A stretch of 64,000 bases of DNA from NCBI GenBank assembly GCA_963758525.1, contig CAVWVQ010000005.1:96001-160000 (forward strand). The letters are read 5' to 3'. The notes under the pieces are model-generated. The model was not told the DNA's origin and did not search any database. It saw only the letters and a program-made list of their open reading frames with translations. The position numbers and the translations under genes were made by a program. This document shows positions 1-9,102 of this stretch, piece by piece (position 1 is the stretch's first letter; every line of letters starts with the position of its first letter). This DNA is from an uncultured Phycisphaerales bacterium (GTDB taxonomy: Bacteria; Planctomycetota; Phycisphaerae; Tepidisphaerales; Tepidisphaeraceae).

Positions 1-378
1 TCGAGCAATGGAACGTGACGCGAGACGAATTGCACGAGACGGCAATCGAGAATCTCATCACTCGCAGCCAGGCGCTCGAGCGCTCATGCGGCACAAGACG
101 AAGACGGCTCGATCAACGTCATCTTCTTCCAGACCGGCGACGGCTACGACGCGAGCCGGGTGATGCTCCCGACCCTGCACGATCGCTTGCGCGAGCATCT
201 CGGCAGCCCCTTCGCCGCTGCGATTCCCAATCGCGATATTCTGCTCTGCTTCCGCAACGACGACGAAACCGTCTCCCGTTTGCGCGATCAGATCGCTGAC
301 GACTATCAGCGCATGCCCCACCAGGTTTCCGATCGATTGCTGCTGGTCACGCCGGATGGGATAGCGCCGCGGGACTGA
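1..378 (+). CDS. DUF1444 (YtpQ-like) family protein, 5'-partial, apparent frameshift near 80
   Basis: Frame 3 reads ...WNVTRDELHETAIENL. Frame 1 continues AHAAQDEDGSINVIFFQTGDGYDASRVMLP...FAAAIPNRDILL, with the DGYDASR and AIPNRD-like motifs of DUF1444; stop at 378. Confidence 0.65.
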
Positions 379-507
379 GTCCGGCGACAGGTCGCTCGGC
401 TCCGCGCTGTCGCGACGGCGCAGCCCCCACGGATGGTGAAATGTCACTTATCTTTGGGGTGTCCGCCGTCGCGACAGCGCAGAGCCGAGCGACTTGTCGC
501 CGGACTC
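377..507. repeat. Long imperfect inverted repeat (REP-doublet-like) between convergent genes
   Basis: GAGTCCGGCGACAGGTCGCTCGGCTCCGCGCTGTCGCGACGGCG (377-420) pairs with CGCCGTCGCGACAGCGCAGAGCCGAGCGACTTGTCGCCGGACTC (about 464-507). Confidence 0.85.
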
Positions 508-549
508 CGCGAGCGCGTGCTCCGTCCAGAGTCGAAAGCGCCCCGTTCT

Positions 550-2217
550 TCAACGCCAACCTTTTCCGTTCTTCTTCGTTCCGCACACCGCAACCCGCAT
601 TCCCAGCGCGTGTGCCATCGCGGCTTTGGCGATCAATGCGCGGTCTGCCTCCTCGGCGCTGTTCGCGTAGGCAACCTGGATGTGATTCGACTTGTGCCGG
701 CCCATCATCTGATCGCGCGAGACGCCATACGTCACCGCGTGCATAATCGGCCACTGCGGCGTCGTCGCGTTCCAACGCCGCTGCGTTTCTTCGATCGGCA
801 GTTCGACAACCCCGCCGCGTCCCAGGTCCATCCGCAGCGCGTCCCCCTCCACATAAATCCGGCTCCAGATGATCTCCCCCGGCCGCGAAATCCCTTTCAG
901 CGTTCCGCCACCGAGGCGGAAGTACATCGCCGGCTGGCGCTCGCTCGTGGCGCCGGCCCATCCGTTGATGTAATGCGCCGGTGGCGCCGCCCCGGAAATC
1001 TCGAAAACCCAGACGAAGTCCGGCACCGTTCCCGAGCGGTCCGGGTCACCCCAGCGAATGTCGTGCAGCGTATTCTCCACCGGCTGGCCCATCGCCTTGT
1101 GAACGCGATACGTCATCAGCCCATCGAGGGCCGCACATTCATCCACTTCGTTAAAATGCGGCAGCGGCTCGCCTTCATACAACACCCGGCTCCCATCGCG
1201 CGAGCGAACCGGAGGGCGGTCGGAGTTGTTCAACGTCCCCTCCGCCAGGTCCGACGCCGGCAGCAGATCTTTGAGCCCCTGCTGATACTGAATGCCGATG
1301 GCATGGCAGCCGTAGTCGTCGGCGATGCGCAGCGCGGCGACATACATCTTGCACTGCTGGTGGATCTGAGCGTCGGTCAGATCATCCGCTTCGCTGGGTC
1401 CGGTCTGAAACCGGTCGCCGCGCTCCTCCATCCAACGTCGCACGGCGGACGCTTCGTCGTCATTCACCTGCGTGGTCTCAAAATACAGAGCGGACTGGCT
1501 CAGCCGCTCCTTAAAGGCGCCGGTGGGATGCAGCAAATGGTCGGGAATAATGGCGTTGAACATGCCCATGCACCCCTCGTCAAACACGCCGAGGATTGCC
1601 TTTTCGTGCTGAAGCTGCAAAGCAACCGCCGCGCCGAGCTTGCACTCCTTGGTAGGTTTCTTCACCGCTTTCCATTTGGCGACATGCGAGGCCTTGTGAT
1701 GAATCCTTTTATCTTTCAGCCACGCCGCCAGCGAATCGCGAAAGAAGTCATCGGTGAAATCCTCGCTCCAGATGGTGGAATATTTCACGCCCGCCTTGGT
1801 GAGCGAGCCGTTGAGGTTCAGCATGCCCACCAGCCCGGGCCACGCGCCTGACCAGTTGGCGGCGGTCAGGATGGGTCCGCGGTGAGAGATCAGCCCTGCG
1901 AGAATGTTCTGTGAATATTGCCAGGCGGCCTCGGCTACGATCAGTGGTGCGCGTGGATCGAGTCCGCCGAACACCGCCATCCCCTCCTTTTGCGAGGAGA
2001 TGAAGCCGTGCTTCTCACTTTCCTTGTACGGATGCGCGCGCACGAGTTCATGACCGCACTCGGTCAGCGCCGTGCGCAGCGACTCTTCCATCTTCGCCTG
2101 TTCGGGCCAGCATTTCTGATTCGCGCTGAGGCGCAGATCGCCGCTGGCAACAAGATAGACCTGGTGTTTATGCAGACGTGGGGGCTTACGCAGCTGCGGA
2201 ATCGCATACCCGGGCAT
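550..2217 (-). CDS. L-fucose/L-arabinose isomerase-like protein
   Basis: About 555 aa. Motifs SGDLRLSAN, ANWSGAWPGLVGMLNLNGSL, GVFDEGCMGM, HFNEVDEC, TLHDIRWG; start placed at MPGYAIP. Confidence 0.75.
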   Translation of the reverse strand: MPGYAIPQLRKPPRLHKHQVYLVASGDLRLSANQKCWPEQAKMEESLRTALTECGHELVRAHPYKESEKHGFISSQKEGMAVFGGLDPRAPLIVAEAAWQYSQNILAGLISHRGPILTAANWSGAWPGLVGMLNLNGSLTKAGVKYSTIWSEDFTDDFFRDSLAAWLKDKRIHHKASHVAKWKAVKKPTKECKLGAAVALQLQHEKAILGVFDEGCMGMFNAIIPDHLLHPTGAFKERLSQSALYFETTQVNDDEASAVRRWMEERGDRFQTGPSEADDLTDAQIHQQCKMYVAALRIADDYGCHAIGIQYQQGLKDLLPASDLAEGTLNNSDRPPVRSRDGSRVLYEGEPLPHFNEVDECAALDGLMTYRVHKAMGQPVENTLHDIRWGDPDRSGTVPDFVWVFEISGAAPPAHYINGWAGATSERQPAMYFRLGGGTLKGISRPGEIIWSRIYVEGDALRMDLGRGGVVELPIEETQRRWNATTPQWPIMHAVTYGVSRDQMMGRHKSNHIQVAYANSAEEADRALIAKAAMAHALGMRVAVCGTKKNGKGWR

Positions 2218-2285
2218 GCAGCTCTCCAAAATGCGGGCCAATGAGTCTCGTTCCGTGGCGCAATCGTGCGGTTCGGAAATCTCGG

Positions 2286-2624
2286 CTACAGGGCCTGTTC
2301 GTTGGTTTCTCCGGTGCGGATCCGCACGACTTTCGCGACGGGATAGACAAATATTTTGCCGTCACCCACCTCGCCGCTCCGCGCGGCCTCGACGATCGCA
2401 TCGACGGCGTGCTCGACCTCTTCCGATTTGACGCAAAGCTTCAACAGCACTTTCGGCACGAATCCCACGTCAAGCTTCGCGCCGCGATATCGCTCGGTAT
2501 GCCCCATCTGCCGGCCGAATCCCTTGCATTCAACGGCGGTCACGCCAAGGATTCCCAGCTTCGCAAGGGCCGCTTTCACGGCGTCGAGTTTGTGCGGCTT
2601 AATGACCGCTTCGATCATCTGCAT
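2286..2624 (-). CDS. glnB: P-II family nitrogen regulatory protein (112 aa)
   Basis: MQMIEAVIKPHKLDAVK...KGFGRQMGHTERYRG...GEVGDGKIFVYPV...RIRTGE aligns without gaps to the 112-aa GlnB/GlnK fold; GlnB versus GlnK cannot be resolved. Confidence 0.93.
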   Translation of the reverse strand: MQMIEAVIKPHKLDAVKAALAKLGILGVTAVECKGFGRQMGHTERYRGAKLDVGFVPKVLLKLCVKSEEVEHAVDAIVEAARSGEVGDGKIFVYPVAKVVRIRTGETNEQAL

Positions 2625-2626
2625 GA

Positions 2627-3018
2627 TCAACAGACCTCGTCCAGAACGTGTTCCGCCACGTAAATCGGCACGCTCGTGGCCGCGCCCAATGCGATGGCAT
2701 CGCTCGGGCGGCTGTCGATCTTCAGAACCTCCGTGCCTTGCCGGACGTGGATGCGCCAAAGAACGTGTGCTCCTCGAGATTGTTGATTTCAATCTGCTCG
2801 ATCTGACCTCCCAGCTCCTCAATGACATTGGCCAGAAGGTCGTGTGTCAGCGGCCGGGGATGGGCGATCCCCTTGAGCCGCCGATCGATCGCGTACGCCA
2901 CATCGCTGCCGATGACGATCGGGAATTTCCGATCGCCATCGACTTCCTTCAGCACGATGATCTGCTCGTGCTGCATCTCGCTGATAATAATCTTGTGAAG
3001 TTCCATCTGCACAGACAT
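2627..3018 (-). CDS. Bifunctional nuclease (DUF151) family protein, apparent frameshift near 2755
   Basis: N-half IIVLKEVDGDRKFPIVIG...RPLTHDL; the alternate frame continues IHVRQGTEVLKIDSRPSDAIALG...PIYVAEHVLDEVC*. AGGAG SD upstream; stop 2 nt before the P-II ATG. Confidence 0.88.
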
Positions 3019-3087
3019 CGCGGCAACTCCTGATGCCCAACTTTACCCTAGATGCCCTCGGAAGGGGTGTCAAGGATGGGGAAAAAG

Positions 3088-3140
3088 ACGAAGCGTAGGA
3101 AGGGGTAGGAAGGCACGAAGGCACGAAGGCACGAAGGGGA
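3088..3140. repeat. Octamer tandem repeat (GAAGGCAC)n
   Basis: GAAGGCACGAAGGCACGAAGGCACGAAGG; related units on the opposite strand at about 5767-5840, 18350-18370 and 43250-43310. Confidence 0.85.
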
Positions 3141-3347
3141 GGAAAGTGCGACAGGTGAGTTGAAGACTCGACACGCGCAATGTTTCGTTGCAGCCAAACG
3201 GCGTCGCCGTGGCTTGCCCTTCGCGGGAGCGGCAGCGTCCGTCGCTTCCCAGGTGCCGCAAAGTACAGCAGCACAACGCCACCGAGCGCCTCCCATTCAT
3301 CACCGCTGGCTCCTCTCCCAGACTCTTCCCCTATACTCTCGCTCCTC

Positions 3348-4085
3348 ATGGAGCACCTCGAGGGCCGTTTATCCATTCTCGCCGCGCTGCAGGCTCGGCA
3401 GCGGAGGATCGAGGTCATTCTCATTGCTCACGGAGCCCACGTCGAGAAGTTGGAGGAGGTGATCGCCGCCGCGACCGGCCAGTCGATCGCGATCCAGCAC
3501 GTCGATCGCGCCCAGCTCGACGCGATGGCTCACGGCGCCAGCCACGGCGGAATCGTCGCGGTCTGTTCGGCAAAGCCGCGTCTGCGCAGCGCGCAGTTGA
3601 TTGAATTCGTTCAAACGCTTCGAGATCCCGCGTTGCTGCTCCTCCTGGAGGGAATCGAAGATGCCCGAAATCTCGGCTTCACCATTCGCAGCGCGGAGGC
3701 GCTGGGCGCGCATGCCGTTCTGGTCAAGAAGCACCTTTGGGATCTGGACCCGATCGAAATCGCCCGTCCATCGGCAGGGGCCTTCGAGCGGTTGCCGCTG
3801 GCACAAATAGATGAAGTCGAGACGCTCAAGACACTGCAGAAGAAAGGCCTGCAAATCGTCGGCTGCATCGCCGGCGCCAGGCGGACGATTCACGATGTCG
3901 CTCTTGCCCAACCCACGATTGTCGCCATCGGCGGAGAAAAGCGCGGTCTTTCCGGCGCCGTCCGAGAAATTTGCGACGTGTTCGCCACCATCCCAACGGT
4001 GGGTCAGGGAACGTCACTCTCGCTCTCGCACGCCGCCAGCGTCGTTCTTGGCGAAGCAATGCGACAGAGGAGGGGAGGACGGTGA
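3348..4085 (+). CDS. SPOUT RNA methyltransferase, TrmH/RlmB family
   Basis: HGGIVA, LEGIEDARNLGFTIRSAEALG, IGGEKRGL, IPTVGQGTSLSLSHA SpoU motifs; start MEHLEG. Confidence 0.88.
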   Translation: MEHLEGRLSILAALQARQRRIEVILIAHGAHVEKLEEVIAAATGQSIAIQHVDRAQLDAMAHGASHGGIVAVCSAKPRLRSAQLIEFVQTLRDPALLLLLEGIEDARNLGFTIRSAEALGAHAVLVKKHLWDLDPIEIARPSAGAFERLPLAQIDEVETLKTLQKKGLQIVGCIAGARRTIHDVALAQPTIVAIGGEKRGLSGAVREICDVFATIPTVGQGTSLSLSHAASVVLGEAMRQRRGGR

Positions 4086-4305
4086 TGGGTGATTGGAAAC
4101 GTCACGGGAAGACCGGTGATTGGTGATTGGAACGTGACGGGAAACTGGTGATTGGAACGTGACGGAGCGCGGATGAAACGTGCAGACGTGAACGTGAAGA
4201 ATGTGAATAATACCGCCCTTTTCACGTTGTCGCGTTTCGCCCCTGCCGTCACGTTCCAATCACCAATCACCAGTTTCCCGTCACGTTCCAATCACCAATC
4301 ACCCG
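4081..4305. repeat. Heptamer-based (GGTGATT/AATCACC) inverted tandem repeat element
   Basis: Left arm has repeated GGTGATTGGAACGTGACGG, right arm has repeated CCGTCACGTTCCAATCACC; fills the gap between two convergent genes. Confidence 0.9.
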
Positions 4306-4309
4306 GCCT

Positions 4310-5731
4310 TCATATCGTCACCGTTTCATCCAACGCAATCGTCGTCATCGGCCGATTTGCATTCAGATCGACTTGCAGCCGTTGCACCCCTTCGAGAATG
4401 TCATGCGCAGTGCGATAGCGGGGATTTTCAGAGTCGGTCGGGCGAAGAATCTCTTTGCGAAGGCGAAGGAGCGCTTCGGCTTCGGGGCTGCCGGACGTCC
4501 ACTGAATCAGACCTCGCAGATCGGGATTGCCGCTGGGGGCGCTGATCTGCATCGCCAGATAAAACAGATCGACGGCTTTGTCGACCTTGCCATAGCCTTC
4601 CCGCAGCACGGCGGAGGTCACCGACCCGCTTTTGGTCATACGTTCGAGCATCCGCTGAATCTGGCTGGTTCGCATCAGCTCTTCGAAGAGCGTCGAGAGA
4701 AGCGTGTTGCCGGCGATATTTTCCCCCAGGCGCACCGCCGAGCCGAAGTCGACAAAGCCGACTTCTCCGTGGCTGATGACGATGTTGTCCAGCCGCAGGT
4801 CCAGGTGAACCACGCCGGCCTTGTCGTGCAGCACGTAGAGCAGCTCGGCAAACTGCCGGGCGAATTCCATCTGAGGCAGCGCCGGACCGGAATTCCGCAG
4901 CCAGTTCATCCACAGGCGTTGCACGTAGCCGCGATGATCTTTTTCCAGGCCGAGCACGTGCGGCACGCGATGCGCATATTCCCGCGGCAGATCGCGTTCC
5001 AGCACCTTCAGCATCGCCGCTTCGCGGGTGAGGAAGAGCGGGAAGACTTTTTCGGTGAAGTTCAGTGCGCGCCGTTCGATCACGGCAAAGGGGAGGTCGG
5101 TGAAACGCGCTCGCAGCCGGCCGATCACGCGCTCGAGGCTTGGGATCTCCTTCATCACCACAAACCCGCCGCCATGCGAGTGGCGCGGCACGAGCTGCAC
5201 GTGGTAGGTGAATCGCTCGGAGATTTCGCGCGGCCGGATAATGAAGACTTTGCGGGCAACGAAACACCACGCCCGCGGCGACCAACCCGGGAACCGAATG
5301 CCCCAGCGCCTGAGCCGAAGCGGCTCTGCCTTGTGGAGGGGCAGGAATCCGCGCTGGCGAAACCGCTCGTGCAGCGATTCGACGCGCTCGCGATCGCGGG
5401 AAAGGTACACGAACTGACCGCCCCAGCGAAGCTGCCCGAAGACGCTGTCCGGATCGTGCGGTTCTTCCTCCACCGCGAACAGAAAATCCACCTGATCGCT
5501 CGGCTCGCTGCTCGCGTCGGCGCCGAACCGCTCGTATTCCTCATCGCCGGCAAACAGCGTCTCCAGCGCAGCCGCGATGAGCTTGCGGCGCTTCTTGACG
5601 CTTTGGCGCTGGCCGTCGCGTGATGCGGACATCTGGTCGGAAGTCTCTCGATTCCTCGTAGGCTGCTGCGGCGTCACTGACAACAACTCTCCATCATCGG
5701 GGCTGAAAATCGGAATGGCGACACACAGCAA
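4310..5731 (-). CDS. Protein-kinase-like superfamily protein with uncharacterised N-terminal domain (start uncertain; ATG at 5632 also possible)
   Basis: VVMKEI (beta3 Lys), TREAAML (alphaC Glu), VVHLDLRLDNIV (catalytic loop) and VDFG motifs. Confidence 0.75.
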   Translation of the reverse strand: MLCVAIPIFSPDDGELLSVTPQQPTRNRETSDQMSASRDGQRQSVKKRRKLIAAALETLFAGDEEYERFGADASSEPSDQVDFLFAVEEEPHDPDSVFGQLRWGGQFVYLSRDRERVESLHERFRQRGFLPLHKAEPLRLRRWGIRFPGWSPRAWCFVARKVFIIRPREISERFTYHVQLVPRHSHGGGFVVMKEIPSLERVIGRLRARFTDLPFAVIERRALNFTEKVFPLFLTREAAMLKVLERDLPREYAHRVPHVLGLEKDHRGYVQRLWMNWLRNSGPALPQMEFARQFAELLYVLHDKAGVVHLDLRLDNIVISHGEVGFVDFGSAVRLGENIAGNTLLSTLFEELMRTSQIQRMLERMTKSGSVTSAVLREGYGKVDKAVDLFYLAMQISAPSGNPDLRGLIQWTSGSPEAEALLRLRKEILRPTDSENPRYRTAHDILEGVQRLQVDLNANRPMTTIALDETVTI

Positions 5732-5766
5732 CTGGACGCGCTTCGCTTCGCGGCGCGGCTAACCAG

Positions 5767-5840
5767 GTGCCGGAGCGTGCCTCGTCCCTCCGTGCCTTTG
5801 TCCCTCTGTCCCTTCGTGCCTCCGTGCCTCCGTGCCTTCC
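5767..5840. repeat. Octamer tandem repeat (CCGTGCCT/TTCGTGCC-type)
   Basis: CGTGCCTTTGTCCCTCTGTCCCTTCGTGCCTCCGTGCCTCCGTGCCTT between the SET and kinase genes. Confidence 0.85.
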
Positions 5841-5848
5841 CCATTACT

Positions 5849-6328
5849 TTACCCCATCCAGCCATGCGTGCATTCCAAAATATCGATTAATTCCCTCGCC
5901 GTCCTCAGCAATGTTTCGCGAGCGGAAAAGCCTCGAATTTCGTGTCCCGTGGCGGCGTCCGAATAAATTCCGATGTCGGTGTCATCGATCAACGTCCGGT
6001 AGTCCAGCGTCAGTTCGTCGCCCGTTGATATATCCTGCCGCGCCAGCACCATCCCGCAATGACACAGGAGGTTTGGCGTAAACGAGTGGTTCAAAAAGGT
6101 ATACGGCTCATGCGCGTTGCCGTGCGTGAAAAATTTGCCCGCATGACGCGTTGCGGTCCGGATGATCGCGCGGTCGTCACGTCTGATCGCGTCGAGAAAT
6201 TCCGCCTCGGTGATGATCGCCGCGCCGGTCGTGAAAAAGCAAATGATCTTCGCCTTTGGGATTGCCTCGGCTGCGAAGAGCCCTTTGCCGAAGATACCTG
6301 ATTCGCGCACTTGCGTCGCCGCAAACAT
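5849..6328 (-). CDS. SET-domain protein (putative lysine methyltransferase)
   Basis: SGIFGKGLFA, FLNHSFTPN and ARQDISTGDELTLDYR SET motifs; ATG overlaps the truD stop (TGATG). Confidence 0.88.
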   Translation of the reverse strand: MFAATQVRESGIFGKGLFAAEAIPKAKIICFFTTGAAIITEAEFLDAIRRDDRAIIRTATRHAGKFFTHGNAHEPYTFLNHSFTPNLLCHCGMVLARQDISTGDELTLDYRTLIDDTDIGIYSDAATGHEIRGFSARETLLRTARELIDILECTHGWMG

Positions 6329-7650
6329 CACTCCTCCGCCAGTTCTTGCTCTTCGATTGGTTCCTCTTCGCCGCCGCTTTCTTCCAGGGAATCTTCTTCG
6401 ATCTCGTCTGTCGTTTCCGCGTCCTTCGTCTCCTCCTTCAACAGCTCGGTTTTCATAATCTCGCGCATCAGCACTGTCGCAAACGATCCCGCCGGCAGCG
6501 TAAAGGCCACCGTCACATGCGGGCCGTGCTCATCGGCCCCGCCTTCCAGATTGACTTCGCCCGGCCGCACCCGCAACGGCCGGCGCGAGCCTTTCACTTT
6601 CAGCACGTTGGTGCGCCGGAAATCCTCCGGCGACAATCCCGACCTCGTCATCGCCTCTTCTTCCAGCTTCCCGGGTTCTCCCTCGGCGCGCGTCATGCGA
6701 TACCCGACCAGCGGCCCCGTCGGGCTGATTTCAAACGCCGCGCACCTCGGCTGCTCTGCCGCCGCATCGCTCACCAGGAAACATGCGCCGTTGTCCTCTT
6801 TGTAAGCCACGTCCCCATTCATGATCTGGTCGATCGTGTCGATGCGGGCGGCTGCCACATCGTTAAACATCCGCGACTGCAGCGCCGAAACCCACAGCCG
6901 GCGGATCTTCTGATCCACGGCCCGCGCCGAAGCGGCGGGGCGGCGCGTTTTCATGAAACGATGGAGAATCCGCCGTTCCATCCCGCATCGGCGCGGCCAG
7001 TTTTTCATCGCCTCCTCAAACTGGCTGGCGTCAAACGCCGTCCGAGCCGCCAGCGTCATGCGGTCGTCGATGCCCGGAATCGGATCACCGATCAACAAGT
7101 GCAGCAGCTCGCGTCCGTCCCCGCGCACCAGCGCCGCTCCGAGTTTGTCGTTGTTCTTGCGCCGCCCGAATCGCTGCTCGCCGAAATAGTTCGGCATTCC
7201 CCGCCGTTGCAGCGTCTCCAGCACCGGTGCAAGCTTCACGACATCCGTGGCGTTGACATCGCGAATCTTGATCGCAAATCGATTGCCCTTGAGATGGCCC
7301 AGCCGCAGCTTGTTCCCATGCCGTGCGGCCCACTGCACGGTGATATTCGGAATCTTCAGCCCCATCACCGCCTCTTCCGTGGCTCCCCAGATCGAAAGCA
7401 CCTGCCGGGAGATCGACCGGGCGTCTTTCAATCCCGCGTACCCGATGTCCCGGCTCGAAACGTTCAGCGCCCGGGAAATGGAATGCACGGCATCAAACGT
7501 GGTCAGCCCGACTTTCTGAATCTCGCAGTAGACGTGTTCGCCTTCTCCGCTGGTTTCGTAGAGGGGAATCTCCTGGACAAAAAAGTCCTCGGCCCGGTTC
7601 TTGATGGTCCCGCCAATGCCGGGAAAGTCGCGCGTCAAATAAGGAAGCAT
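6328..7650 (-). CDS. truD: tRNA pseudouridine(13) synthase
   Basis: EDFFVQE, IGYAGLKDARS, KLRLGHLKGNRFAI, PNYFGEQRFG, FTLPAGSFATVLMREI; acidic C-terminal tail. Confidence 0.96.
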   Translation of the reverse strand: MLPYLTRDFPGIGGTIKNRAEDFFVQEIPLYETSGEGEHVYCEIQKVGLTTFDAVHSISRALNVSSRDIGYAGLKDARSISRQVLSIWGATEEAVMGLKIPNITVQWAARHGNKLRLGHLKGNRFAIKIRDVNATDVVKLAPVLETLQRRGMPNYFGEQRFGRRKNNDKLGAALVRGDGRELLHLLIGDPIPGIDDRMTLAARTAFDASQFEEAMKNWPRRCGMERRILHRFMKTRRPAASARAVDQKIRRLWVSALQSRMFNDVAAARIDTIDQIMNGDVAYKEDNGACFLVSDAAAEQPRCAAFEISPTGPLVGYRMTRAEGEPGKLEEEAMTRSGLSPEDFRRTNVLKVKGSRRPLRVRPGEVNLEGGADEHGPHVTVAFTLPAGSFATVLMREIMKTELLKEETKDAETTDEIEEDSLEESGGEEEPIEEQELAEE

Positions 7651-7832
7651 TGCGGCAATGATATCGGAACGTCACGAATCTTCCGAGCGTCTTCCGAGCC
7701 ATTGATCTCACCGGCTGCGCGCATTCTTCCGTGGCGAACGAACGCCACATGCACTTATGGGAAAATGTTGCCGGAGGGAAGAAAGTTACTTCCTGCCGCG
7801 GGGACGGTTGTTGAACCCGCTCCTGGCGCGTT

Positions 7833-8639
7833 CTAAGAACACAGCCCAAACTTCCTCAACGCCGCATGAACGCCGTGATCGTCATTCGACGGGGCGACCC
7901 ATTTCGCGACTCGTTTGACCAGCGGATGGGCGTTGTCCATCGCGACGCTTACGCCGACGGCTTTGAGCATCTCGATATCGTTGGCGGCATCTCCGATGGC
8001 CATCGCGTTTTGCATCGGTATGCCGTAATGCGCCGCGACGCGGCGCAGGGCCACCGCCTTGTCGGCTTTGGCGCTCATGATCTGCAGCAGTTCCGGCTCG
8101 CTTCGCACGATATTCGTCTGCCGATATTCCTCGGTGAGCAGTTGTTCGAGCCGGGAGATCATCCTCGGCTCGCCGAGCATCAGCATTTTGGTGATGGGCT
8201 CGCGGCAGAACTCCTCAACTGGCGCCACCACATCGGGACGGAACAGTCGTCCGGTTTCGGTCTGATACGTCTGCTCGGCGTGATCGGTGTACCACCGGTC
8301 AAGGATCTCACAACTGACCGCCACCTCTTCAAACATATCGCGGGCGCGATCGATCATCGAAAGCACCAGTGTGGCGTCCATTGGCTCGTGATGGACCACC
8401 TTCTGCGACGGCTCGTCCCAGATTAACGCTCCGTTATAGTTGATCTGCCAGGTATCCAGCTTGAGCGCCGAGTAGATTGCCCGCACGCTCCGCGGCGGGC
8501 GCGCAGAGGCAATCACAACCCGCACCCCCTGGCCCGGCAGGCACGCCAGGGCCCGGGCCGTCGCTTTGCTGACCTGCTTTTTCTGGTTCAGCAGCGTGCC
8601 GTCAAGGTCGACGGCCACCAGTTGGATGTTGCTCTTCAC
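7833..8639 (-). CDS. Cof-type HAD-IIB hydrolase
   Basis: VDLDGTLL, ASARP, NYNGA, DKAVAL, AIGDAANDIEML, AMDNA, SNDDHGV. Confidence 0.93.
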   Translation of the reverse strand: MKSNIQLVAVDLDGTLLNQKKQVSKATARALACLPGQGVRVVIASARPPRSVRAIYSALKLDTWQINYNGALIWDEPSQKVVHHEPMDATLVLSMIDRARDMFEEVAVSCEILDRWYTDHAEQTYQTETGRLFRPDVVAPVEEFCREPITKMLMLGEPRMISRLEQLLTEEYRQTNIVRSEPELLQIMSAKADKAVALRRVAAHYGIPMQNAMAIGDAANDIEMLKAVGVSVAMDNAHPLVKRVAKWVAPSNDDHGVHAALRKFGLCS

Positions 8640-8739
8640 GCATCCAATCCTACGCGCCGCCTCGTTTTTCGCGAGCGGGCTTCGTGCGGAGCTTTTTCCC
8701 CGCGGTCGGGTGTGAGCGAAAACGCGGGAGCTGATTCCT

Positions 8740-8868
8740 GCCTCCTCCCTCCTCCCCTCGTACCCGGGGGGAGGATCGAGGTGGGGGGAGAATCGTGAGT
8801 GTGCCGTGGCTCGCCGAACGGACGAACCCCCACCCCAGCCCTCCCCCGGAGTACCAGGGGAGGGGGAA
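8740..8868. repeat. G/C-tract palindromic repeat doublet
   Basis: CCCTCCTCCCCTCGTACCCGGGGGGAGG...GGTGGGGGG and CCCCCACCCCAGCCCTCCCCCGGAGTACCAGGGGAGGGG in inverted orientation; a related degenerate element lies at about 46570-46690. Confidence 0.75.
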
Positions 8869-9102
8869 AGAGTTGGAGCAGCCGTGGCTGCATGCCCCGG
8901 GGAAATCGGCCTCGCCTACCGCGCTGGTCAGCCGTCCAAGGCGCCGCGCAAGCCGCTGGCTATCGGACGCAGCCGCGGCTAGAATCCGTGGACGAATGCG
9001 GGCGATGGAGGGGTATTTGAATTCCTCCGGGCCAAATGAGCGAATCGCAGGCCCCACAGCCAGGCGAGGCAGCCAGGTGCGGGAGCCGTTCAGGTTCAGC
9101 CT

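Noticed and set aside
433..1851. Long antisense ORFs (also 4373-5623, 6256-7836, 22126-23940, 38527-39744, 54843-56879 and others)
   Set aside because: They are shadows of real genes on the opposite strand, expected in GC-rich DNA, and carry no recognisable motifs.
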